Assembly: GCA_042571705.1 (NCBI GenBank)
Contig: JBHPFV010000004.1
Coordinates: 7,167-71,166, forward strand
From: Candidatus Omnitrophota bacterium
Lineage (GTDB): Bacteria; Omnitrophota; Gorgyraeia; JAFGHF01
Reading direction: 5' to 3'
DNA length: 64,000 nucleotides
The notes beneath the pieces were generated by a model. That model was not told the DNA's origin. It worked only from the letters and a program-made list of their open reading frames with translations, and searched no databases. Every line of letters starts with the position of its first letter. Position 1 is the stretch's first letter. The translations under genes and the position numbers were made by a program. This document shows positions 36,429-44,905 of this stretch, piece after piece.

Positions 36429-37868
36429 CTATTTTTCCAGACTGCATAATATCTTAAAGTTAATCGCACCCAACGCCTTGGCCTTTTTCTCACTGACGTA
36501 CTTCAACTCAACGCTCTTAAAGTAGTCTGACTTCTCCAGAGTGTTCACAAACTGAAAGATTAGCGACATCTCTTCGGATGAACCTTCCAGAGTCAGCTGG
36601 GCCTTTTCTTCAGCGTAATCAAATACGGAAAAGGCAATCTGCTCCGGGGTGAGTAGATGCAGTTGACGCAAAATATCCACGCTGGAGCCGCTAATTTTCC
36701 GGCGTCGCTGAATCAGTTCAATATTTTTGATCATGTTCTTGATCTCGTTGGCGGCGGGGCTGGTGCTGGTAATCTCTCTTTTTAAGTAAGTTAAACGTTT
36801 CTGCTTGTCGCTAAACTGCTTAATCATAATTAGCGCACCCAATAAGAAAATGGCCGCTGAGATACTTAAGAACCTGGCGATTGTTTTCTTTCTCAATCGC
36901 AATGATTGTTTCTCGCGCAAGGGCGCAGGCAAAAGATTCAGCCGCTTGCCGTCAGTCTTAAGGACTAATCCAAGAATTCTAGCTAATGAAGACTCGGACT
37001 GATATTGGGCGGCGAAGACATCTTTCTGATAATTAAGTTTTTTAAACGGTGAAATTGTTTCGCCGATTAACGTAAACTCCTGCTTTAACAACTCGGTTAA
37101 TTCATCGGCGACCTGGAAAGATTGGGCAAAAATAAACCTTTCTATCTTTCGAGTCTGTTCATACCTTTGATAGCCCTCAATAGTCCGGCGGAATTCCTGG
37201 AGTAATTTGTCTTTTACTGATCCGCCTTTACGCAATTGGTTGATGCCAAAAGTTAATCCCCGCGTAAAATCTAAACAACGGTTATGAAAAATTACAATAT
37301 CAGTGTCATCTTCATTTAAATCAATCAAAGCCAGGCTCCCGCTAATCTGTTCCTGCTTAAATACCAGCCGATACCAGCTTAAAATCGACTCGCTGCTGAA
37401 GGTAATCCTGGCCGGCTCAAGATTAAGTTTTTTGAAGATATCTAAATAACGATTCAGGACATGCTTTTGCACAATCACTAAAGCAACTTTGGAATAGCCA
37501 TCGGGGCTCTGTTCGGTAATTAGGTGGTCACTAACGATCTCGTCTTTGTGAAAGGGCAGTTCCCTGGCCGACTGTAAAGCGACCATATTGGCCACCTCTT
37601 TTTCATTTACTGAGGGAAAGCGCAAGAAACGCACGGTCACTTTATGCCGGGGGATGCAGAAAGTCAAGTGGCCGACTCGGCCTTTAATTTCGCTGACTAT
37701 ATCTCGCAAGGCGGCAGTGATGTTCTCTTGCGTATCGGCTGGCATGCGCTTGAGGATTAGCTTAGTAATTCTTCTTGAGCCCGGATGGTCTTGGGCCTGC
37801 ACAAACTTAACCAAGCCCGGCTCAATCTCCAACCCTGAATATAGTTGCTTAGTTTTCAGAGGACTCAT
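36429..37868 (-). CDS. PilM-PilN fusion (actin-like ATPase-fold PilM/MshI + TM + PilN-like domain)
   Basis: The N-terminal ~320 aa are PilM-like (GLEIEPGLVKFVQA...). A TM segment IARFLSISAAIFLLGALIMI follows, then a ~130-aa PilN-like domain. Confidence 0.7.
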   Translation of the reverse strand: MSPLKTKQLYSGLEIEPGLVKFVQAQDHPGSRRITKLILKRMPADTQENITAALRDIVSEIKGRVGHLTFCIPRHKVTVRFLRFPSVNEKEVANMVALQSARELPFHKDEIVSDHLITEQSPDGYSKVALVIVQKHVLNRYLDIFKKLNLEPARITFSSESILSWYRLVFKQEQISGSLALIDLNEDDTDIVIFHNRCLDFTRGLTFGINQLRKGGSVKDKLLQEFRRTIEGYQRYEQTRKIERFIFAQSFQVADELTELLKQEFTLIGETISPFKKLNYQKDVFAAQYQSESSLARILGLVLKTDGKRLNLLPAPLREKQSLRLRKKTIARFLSISAAIFLLGALIMIKQFSDKQKRLTYLKREITSTSPAANEIKNMIKNIELIQRRRKISGSSVDILRQLHLLTPEQIAFSVFDYAEEKAQLTLEGSSEEMSLIFQFVNTLEKSDYFKSVELKYVSEKKAKALGAINFKILCSLEK

Positions 37869-37871
37869 CGG

Positions 37872-38933
37872 CTAACCTTTCACTATAACCGTTTCCGTTT
37901 TGAGTAGCTGTTCGGCTGCCTGAGACACTGCATCAACAGAAACCGCTGCCAAACAGGCAAAGCCTTTGTGGCAATTGTGCGCTTGGCACGGCTGACAACC
38001 TAGGTCGCGATGTAGGATTAGATCGCTTTTTCCCGTTGGGCCCCAGCGACGGGGACTGAGGCCTGGTTGGCGGCGGCCAAAGATGCTGACTACCGGCACC
38101 CCTAACGCGGCGGCGATATGCACCGGCCCGCTGTCGTTGGAAATAAACAGCGCGCACCTGCTCAACAGACTGGCTAATTGGCTCACTGAAGTCCGGCCGC
38201 TAAAGTCAAAACATTCAGCCCGAATTAGGCCAGCTAGCTTTTTACCGATCTCAACATCATTAGGTCCGGCGACAATAACCGGTTTTACTTTAAATTGCTC
38301 CACTAAGCGATTGGTCACTTGGGCAAACCTCTCGGTTGACCAAACTTTAGATGGACAGCTGGCGCCCGGATGAAAGGCCACCAGCTTCTGGTTGCTCTCC
38401 AGGCCAAAATTTTCCAGTAACCGCTGAATATACTCCTCGCTGTCTTTTCTCACCGGCATAAACAGATCTGTTCCAGAGGCCTGAACCCCCAGCCTGCGGA
38501 TAAAATCCAGCGCATATTGCGTTTCATGTCTTTGGCCTTTTTGTTTTTCATGTTCAACCTTGTCGGTGAGCAAGAAATCAAGATTCCGCCGATAGCCCAC
38601 TCTGCTTTTTATCCCGGCTAAAAAGGTGACTAAATGCGCCCGGTTGGTAGGATGTAACACTAAAGCCAGGTCAAACTTTTTGCGCCTTAAGCCCTGAGCA
38701 AAGATTAAACTTCGCCAGAGGCTCTTCTGGCGGCCATACTTATCATAAATAATCACTTCATCTAAATAGGGATTTCCTAAGACTATGTCTTCGGCATAGG
38801 GCCTGACCATCATCGCGATATAGCTTTTAGGGAAATTTTTTCGCAAGGCCTTAATCACCGGCGTGGAAAGCAAGACATCGCCGATGCGATCGGTGCGGAC
38901 AATTAATATTTTTTGAAATTTTTTTGCGCTCAT
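37872..38933 (-). CDS. Glycosyltransferase family 9 (LPS heptosyltransferase family)
   Basis: KILIVRTDRIGDVLLSTPVIKALRKNFP, NDSGPVHIAAALGVP. I prefer ATG 38933 (ATGA coupling to the upstream stop) over the track start at 38951. Confidence 0.85.
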   Translation of the reverse strand: MSAKKFQKILIVRTDRIGDVLLSTPVIKALRKNFPKSYIAMMVRPYAEDIVLGNPYLDEVIIYDKYGRQKSLWRSLIFAQGLRRKKFDLALVLHPTNRAHLVTFLAGIKSRVGYRRNLDFLLTDKVEHEKQKGQRHETQYALDFIRRLGVQASGTDLFMPVRKDSEEYIQRLLENFGLESNQKLVAFHPGASCPSKVWSTERFAQVTNRLVEQFKVKPVIVAGPNDVEIGKKLAGLIRAECFDFSGRTSVSQLASLLSRCALFISNDSGPVHIAAALGVPVVSIFGRRQPGLSPRRWGPTGKSDLILHRDLGCQPCQAHNCHKGFACLAAVSVDAVSQAAEQLLKTETVIVKG

Positions 38934-39904
38934 CCTAATATCTTCTGGCAAGCCGCGAAAACCTGATCAACATTAATTAGCTTCATGCAATCACGCGTCC
39001 CCTTAAAGCAGAGAGATTTTCCACAAGGGGCGCAATCTAAAATTTTGCGGATCACCACGTCCTTTGGTCCCCGGGGTCCATATTTTCTATCGTCGGTCGG
39101 CCCAAATATAGAAACCACCGGTGTGCCTACAGCCCAAGCCAGATGCATCGGGGCGGAATCATTAGAAATCAACAGCTTGCATTTTGTCAACAGGTAAGCC
39201 AGCTCGCCAATCTCGGTTCGGCCGCAGGCGTTAATCGGCTGAGGCCTAATTGAGCTGATGATTTCTTCTACCAAAGGCCGGTCGTCTGAATCACCAACGT
39301 TAATAATCCGGGCATTATAGCTGCCCTTTAATTTTTCAATCAATTGAGCATAGGCCTGTTTTTCCCAACGCTTGGTCTTATTGCGGGCACCCGGGGCTAA
39401 GGCGATTAAGACTTGATTATTTTTAACCTGCCATTTTTTAAGCAATTTACTTACGTTCAGCTGCTCTTCTGCCCCAAGCTCAACTGATGGCCCTTGTGTA
39501 TTATCCACGGTCAAGCCGAGTGAACTTACCTTCCAGAGATGCCTGTCTTTCATATGCAATAAAGATTTCGGAGGCTTCAAGATAACTGAGGTCCGGTAGC
39601 GTGACCCCAGTAAGATGCTGAAGAAAGACTCGCGTAAATCAACGACTAGATCGTAGTTATCATGCCTGAGCCGATTGGTCAGGGCCAACTTATTCTTCCA
39701 GGTAATTGACTTATCGTAAATAATCTTTTGATTGATCCGCCGGTCAGATTTGAACACACCGAAGGCCCGCGGTCCAACTAAAACAGCCAGATGGGCATGA
39801 GGAAAGTTATCTCTTAACGATTGCACAACCGGCGTAGTTAATACCGCGTCCCCGATATTGCTCAAATTCACTATCAGGATCCTGCTGATTTTGCTTTTAT
39901 CCAT
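38930..39904 (-). CDS. Glycosyltransferase family 9 (heptosyltransferase family)
   Basis: RILIVNLSNIGDAVLTTPVVQSLRDNFP, NDSAPMHLAWAVGTP. Confidence 0.85.
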   Translation of the reverse strand: MDKSKISRILIVNLSNIGDAVLTTPVVQSLRDNFPHAHLAVLVGPRAFGVFKSDRRINQKIIYDKSITWKNKLALTNRLRHDNYDLVVDLRESFFSILLGSRYRTSVILKPPKSLLHMKDRHLWKVSSLGLTVDNTQGPSVELGAEEQLNVSKLLKKWQVKNNQVLIALAPGARNKTKRWEKQAYAQLIEKLKGSYNARIINVGDSDDRPLVEEIISSIRPQPINACGRTEIGELAYLLTKCKLLISNDSAPMHLAWAVGTPVVSIFGPTDDRKYGPRGPKDVVIRKILDCAPCGKSLCFKGTRDCMKLINVDQVFAACQKILG

Positions 39905-40919
39905 TTACAGTCACCTTTTCTACTGCCTGCAGGACATCATCGACTGAAATTTCCCGCAGGCATTGTTTCCGGTCGCAATCAGGCTGATAACAAGGAATCC
40001 GGCAGCCGATATCTTTCTGGATCACAGTATAGTTACCTTTTCCGTAAGGTCCGGTAATCTTAGCTGAGGTCGGACCAAACAGCGCAATTACTTTAGCTCC
40101 TTGACTAACGGCAATATGCATCGGCCCGGAATCATTAGCGATCACCAGTTTTACTTGGGACATTAAAGCAGCCAGTTGGCCCAATGTGGTTTGGCCAGAT
40201 AAAACAACTGCCTCGCCCTTAAGCTGCCCGGCAATATCTTCCGCTAACTTCAGATCGGAGTCGGCTCCGGTAATAATAATCTTAGCCTGATGCTTCTCGA
40301 TTAACCGATCAGCCAGGTGAATAAAGTATTCCTCAGGCCAGCGCTTCGGCGCCCAATTGCCTCCGGGATTGATAATTACCGAGAAGTCGTTGCTATTGAT
40401 TCCTTTTTGCGCTAAAAGCCTCTGCACATAATCCTGATCTTCCCGGCTAAAATAAAATTCATAGCTTTTATCTTCGGCATCAATAGCCAAGCTTGAGGCA
40501 ATGTTTAAAAAATAATCTACCTTATGCAGATCAGGCCTGGGGACCGGGATGCTTTTGGTCAGCAACAGCGACCGTTTCCTTGTATAATAACCAATTCTCT
40601 GCGGAATTCCGGCCAGCCAGCAAATAAATGCCCTGGTAGTAGAACGATGTAAAAGAAAGGCCGTATCAAAGCTCTTGGACTTCAACGCCTTGACTAATTC
40701 CAGCTTACCCCTTAAACCGCTGTGCTGGCCCTCTTCGTCAAATATGATAATTTCATTCAGGTGGGGATTGAGCTCCAAAAGCGCAGCGCAGCGCGGAACT
40801 ACCAGCGTGGCAATGTAACTATCCGGAAACTTCTTTCTCAGCGCGCGGATAAACGGGGTAGTAAACAACACATCCCCGCGCCAGTTAACATTCACTATTA
40901 GGATGCGTTTGATTTCCAT
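39897..40919 (-). CDS. Glycosyltransferase family 9 (heptosyltransferase family)
   Basis: RILIVNVNWRGDVLFTTPFIRALRKKFP, NDSGPMHIAVSQGAK. Confidence 0.85.
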   Translation of the reverse strand: MEIKRILIVNVNWRGDVLFTTPFIRALRKKFPDSYIATLVVPRCAALLELNPHLNEIIIFDEEGQHSGLRGKLELVKALKSKSFDTAFLLHRSTTRAFICWLAGIPQRIGYYTRKRSLLLTKSIPVPRPDLHKVDYFLNIASSLAIDAEDKSYEFYFSREDQDYVQRLLAQKGINSNDFSVIINPGGNWAPKRWPEEYFIHLADRLIEKHQAKIIITGADSDLKLAEDIAGQLKGEAVVLSGQTTLGQLAALMSQVKLVIANDSGPMHIAVSQGAKVIALFGPTSAKITGPYGKGNYTVIQKDIGCRIPCYQPDCDRKQCLREISVDDVLQAVEKVTVNG

Positions 40920-41711
40920 TTATTTATGCGGCTCCACGACTGATCTAAAAGAATTATAGTATCCGGAGATCTTCACCCAAAACACAAATAAATTGGCAAA
41001 GCCGTCTCTGACTTTGATTCGTTTTAAGGCATAGATATCGTTATTTAAATAGGCGCTGATCTTCCCGCGATTGGTTGAGCAAGCAGCTTGATATCCGGAG
41101 TCTTTGACAATTTTCTGTATTTGCGCGGTATAGCCGCCAATGGGATAACAAAAAAATCTAACTGCGCGGTTTAGCTTCAGTTCCAAGTCCAGCTTAGATT
41201 GGCTGATTTCCCGCTCCAGTTCAAGTAAATCTCGTCCGGGCAAATAGGCCCCGGATAAGCTATGACTGCCAATCTCGATTAATCCTGAACCGGCCATCTG
41301 CTGAATCTGTCGATCAGTTAGATAGCCAGGCTGACCGATTTTATCCACAATTACAAACATTGTTGCGGGCAGATCATGTTTTTTAAGCTCCGGATAAGCA
41401 ATAGTATAGTTATCTAAATAACCGTCATCAAATGTGATCACCAGGCTATTGGGCGGCAATTTATCTTCATTCTTTAAGGCCTGCACTAATTCAGACAAAG
41501 AAATTACATTGTAATCCCGTTTTGCCAAAAAGCGCATTTGCCGCTTGAAGTTTTCCGGACTAACGCTAAGAGAAGATTGCCCGCCGTTGTGATCAACGTG
41601 ATGATACATCAAAATCGGGACTTGATATTTCGGCCTGATGTATAGATAGCAGCCTACTATAATTATAATAATCAGTACACCGAAAATTTTAAATATTCTT
41701 CTTAAGTTCAT
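40920..41711 (-). CDS. Membrane-anchored polysaccharide deacetylase (NodB/CE4 family)
   Basis: N-terminal TM, ITFDDGY, GSHS, and other NodB motifs. Confidence 0.8.
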   Translation of the reverse strand: MNLRRIFKIFGVLIIIIIVGCYLYIRPKYQVPILMYHHVDHNGGQSSLSVSPENFKRQMRFLAKRDYNVISLSELVQALKNEDKLPPNSLVITFDDGYLDNYTIAYPELKKHDLPATMFVIVDKIGQPGYLTDRQIQQMAGSGLIEIGSHSLSGAYLPGRDLLELEREISQSKLDLELKLNRAVRFFCYPIGGYTAQIQKIVKDSGYQAACSTNRGKISAYLNNDIYALKRIKVRDGFANLFVFWVKISGYYNSFRSVVEPHK

Positions 41712-42826
41712 CTTTTCGCCTTGACACTGAGGACCTGGGCGTAAACACGCTCAATGCCGTCCACCATTTGTTTCAAACCAAACTGACCAAGCATTTGTCT
41801 TCTGCCCTGCCCGCCAAAGGCAATGGCTTTGTTTCTATCTTTGAGTAAACCGACAATGGCCTCGGCTAATCTTTGCGAGTTTCCCGGCCGGACCAAAAGA
41901 CCGTTAACCCCCTCTTTGACCACAGTATAAATACCTCCTACGTCGGAAGCGACCACCGGAAGACCCATCGCCTGAGCCTCAATAATAGCCAAGCCCAACC
42001 CCTCCATCAATGAAGGAAAAACAAATATATCCATAATCGACAAAGGCACGGAAGTATCCAGAGTGGAAGGGCTGAAAAAAATATTATTTGCCAGGCCCAA
42101 TTCCTGGACCTGAGTCAGCAGTCTCTGTTTTTCCGGACCATCTCCCACTAACAGTAGCTGGACCTCAGGACATGCCTTGATTACCTCCCTCATCGCGAAG
42201 ATCAGATAGCGCTGTCCCTTGACAGAAGAGAGTCTGGCCACTGTGCCGATTATCGGCGCTTCGCTTTTGAGGCCGTAATCTCTTTTAAGTTGTTGTTTCT
42301 GTTTTTGGCTAAATTTTTGCGGAGAAAATCGTTCTGCCTCGACGCCATTATGAACCACGGAAATATCTTCTTTTTTCACGGACAGATCATTAACTAGATG
42401 CTCTCTGACCGCCTCACTAATCGCCACACAGTGATCCCCCCAACACGGAAACACCTTTCTCAACAATCGGGGCTTAAAGAACCCGTGACAAGTACTGACA
42501 TAAGGTATATTTGCTACTTTTGCGGCTAAATGCGCCAGGACCTGCGTGACTCTGGTGTGGGCATGAATTATCTCAATCTCATTTTCTTTGATGATCCGCA
42601 CCAGCCTTGACGCGGCCGGATAAAGTTTCGGGTTTAACGCCGATTTAGTCTTGATATTTAAGTTAAAATGGCGCACGCCACAAGATGAAAGTGGAGCCAC
42701 CAAATCTCCGCCGCTGGAAACTACAAACAACTGATGGCCTTTTCGAACCAGGACTTTAGCCAAAGAGAGCACATAGACCCCAATTCCCCCGAGATTCAAA
42801 TGCGTGGTTAACAGCAGTATTTTCAT
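41708..42826 (-). CDS. Glycosyltransferase family 4 (GT-B, retaining type)
   Basis: MKILLLTTHLNLGGIGVYV, FPSLMEGLGLAIIEAQAMGLPVVASDVGG. Confidence 0.85.
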   Translation of the reverse strand: MKILLLTTHLNLGGIGVYVLSLAKVLVRKGHQLFVVSSGGDLVAPLSSCGVRHFNLNIKTKSALNPKLYPAASRLVRIIKENEIEIIHAHTRVTQVLAHLAAKVANIPYVSTCHGFFKPRLLRKVFPCWGDHCVAISEAVREHLVNDLSVKKEDISVVHNGVEAERFSPQKFSQKQKQQLKRDYGLKSEAPIIGTVARLSSVKGQRYLIFAMREVIKACPEVQLLLVGDGPEKQRLLTQVQELGLANNIFFSPSTLDTSVPLSIMDIFVFPSLMEGLGLAIIEAQAMGLPVVASDVGGIYTVVKEGVNGLLVRPGNSQRLAEAIVGLLKDRNKAIAFGGQGRRQMLGQFGLKQMVDGIERVYAQVLSVKAKR

Positions 42827-44901
42827 CTTAAGAGTGCCTTGACTGCTTCAAATACTTCCTCTACTGAAATTTCTTTCATGCATTTATGTTGCTGACAATT
42901 GCGCTTATAGCAAGGACTGCAAGAGACATCTTTTCTAATCACAGCCTGGTTATTACTGCTTAAGGTATGCCGGCGCGGGTCGGTGGGCCCAAATAAAGCC
43001 ACCACCGGAGTCTGCATCGCGTAGGCAACATGTAAGGGGGCGCTGTCACCGGTGATATAGACATCGCAGCGTTTAATTAAGCTGGCTAACTGCAAAATTT
43101 CCGTCTGACCTACTGCGTTAATAAAGTTTCCCGAGGCAAGTGCAGCAAGCTTTTCGGCTAAGTATTGTTGCTGCCCCTTACCGGTAATAACTACCTGCAT
43201 CCCCGATTGCCGCAGTCTGTTTATAAGCTCGGCAAAATTTTCAATCGGCCAGTTCTTTGATCCCCACTCGGGAGAGGCCTGAAGATTCAAGCCGACCAGG
43301 GGTAAGGTTTTGTCTTTCTGCTGCGACTTTAAGAAATCCTCAGCCCAAATCCGATCTTTTTCCTCAGGCCACAATTCCAAATCTTGGCTGACAGTCTCAA
43401 TGCCGAGAAGTCTTAAAGTGCGGGCCTGGTGCTCTACAGGTGAAATGGCCGCTTTTGCCTCTTTTGCTTTATGATTTAAAAGAAAACTCAATTTGCCATT
43501 ATTATAGCCGTATCTTCTGTTGCCCGCGCTCAAATAGGCTAATAAATGGCTTTTGCGGTTATTTTGTAAGTCCACTACAATATTAAAGTCGGCTCGGCGC
43601 AACCCTTTAGTAATCTGCCAGAGTTCGCTAACCTTAAGCTTCTCGGAAGGAAATTCAAGAATATGGTTGATGTAGGGACAATTTTGTAAAATGGGCTTAA
43701 AATCCCGGGCAACCAAAACCGAGATTTCAGCATGAGGAAACCTTTCGCGTAAAGCCCGTAAAGAAGGAATGGCTAAGATTACATCTCCTAAGGCGCTTAT
43801 TTTAAGCACTAAGATCCTTAAGCTGCCTTGCACTTCCTCATAGACAGCAATGGTTTTTTCGGCCATTTTCCTCAAGCTAAACTGCTGTTCCACCTTTTTT
43901 CGGCCTTGGAGGATAATTTTTTCTGTTAATTTGGGCTGCTCAAAGATATTGAGCATCGCCCGGGCCAGATCGTCAGAATCACCGGGAGCAACCAAAATAC
44001 CATTTGTGCCGTCCTCAATAATATCAACCACCCCGCCGACTTTAGTGGCAATTACCGGTATGCCGCTGGCTCCGGCTTCAATTAGTACCCGGCCAAATGC
44101 TTCCTGGGTAACCGTAGGCAAAACTAAGAGATCAAGCTGTTTGTAGACCTGGGCCACATCATTAACCCGGCCGGAAAATTCGACATATTTATCTAAGCTC
44201 AGTCTCCTGACCAGCATCTTCAGTTCTTCTTTATAATTTTCTTTACCATCTCCAACAATTAAGCCTTTGACCCGCGGTAAGGTGCGCGCTACCCGAGCTA
44301 AAGCCTCTAAAAAATACTTATGCCCTTTAATCGGGCTCAGCCTTCCAACTACTCCAATAATAAAGGCCTGATGCTTACGCTGAGTGATTGGCGCCTTTGG
44401 GATCAGCTTAAAGCTAGCCAAATCTACCCCGCGGGGGATTAGTTTGATTCGCTCAGGAGGAACGTCAAAATCCTCAACCATATGGCGGGCAATTGCGCTG
44501 CTGGACACAATCACCCGTTTCCCCCAACCCATTACCCGGCTAAAAAATCCTTGATTGTAGTAGCCATGGGCAGTGGTCACAAAATTTACTCCTGTTTGCC
44601 TGCAGGCTAAGAAGGCGATTAGCCCCGGTACCCGCGAGCGGGCATGGACGATATCAATCTTTTCTTCATGCAAAATTTTGACCAGCTGAGGCACACAAGC
44701 CAAAATAGTAAATAAAGACTTCTTGTGTACCGGAAGATTAAAATGTTTGGCGCCGAGCTGCTCTAAATCTTTGACCAGGCCCCCGCCATTGGAAACCACA
44801 AAGGCTTGATGATTACGCCGGATCAACTCACCGGCCAAATCAACCGTGCCCCGTTCCACTCCACCGATATTCAATTCCGGCAAAATTTGCAGAATCTTCA
44901 T
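42823..44901 (-). CDS. Two-domain glycosyltransferase: N-terminal GT4 fused to C-terminal GT9 (heptosyltransferase-like)
   Basis: GT4 half (about 43831-44901): MKILQILPELNIGGVERGT...EAFGRVLIEAGASGIPVIATKVGG. GT9 half (about 42823-43830): LRILVLKISALGDVILAIPSLRALRERFP...GDSAPLHVAYAMQTP. Confidence 0.85.
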   Translation of the reverse strand: MKILQILPELNIGGVERGTVDLAGELIRRNHQAFVVSNGGGLVKDLEQLGAKHFNLPVHKKSLFTILACVPQLVKILHEEKIDIVHARSRVPGLIAFLACRQTGVNFVTTAHGYYNQGFFSRVMGWGKRVIVSSSAIARHMVEDFDVPPERIKLIPRGVDLASFKLIPKAPITQRKHQAFIIGVVGRLSPIKGHKYFLEALARVARTLPRVKGLIVGDGKENYKEELKMLVRRLSLDKYVEFSGRVNDVAQVYKQLDLLVLPTVTQEAFGRVLIEAGASGIPVIATKVGGVVDIIEDGTNGILVAPGDSDDLARAMLNIFEQPKLTEKIILQGRKKVEQQFSLRKMAEKTIAVYEEVQGSLRILVLKISALGDVILAIPSLRALRERFPHAEISVLVARDFKPILQNCPYINHILEFPSEKLKVSELWQITKGLRRADFNIVVDLQNNRKSHLLAYLSAGNRRYGYNNGKLSFLLNHKAKEAKAAISPVEHQARTLRLLGIETVSQDLELWPEEKDRIWAEDFLKSQQKDKTLPLVGLNLQASPEWGSKNWPIENFAELINRLRQSGMQVVITGKGQQQYLAEKLAALASGNFINAVGQTEILQLASLIKRCDVYITGDSAPLHVAYAMQTPVVALFGPTDPRRHTLSSNNQAVIRKDVSCSPCYKRNCQQHKCMKEISVEEVFEAVKALLR

Positions 44902-44905
44902 CTGG

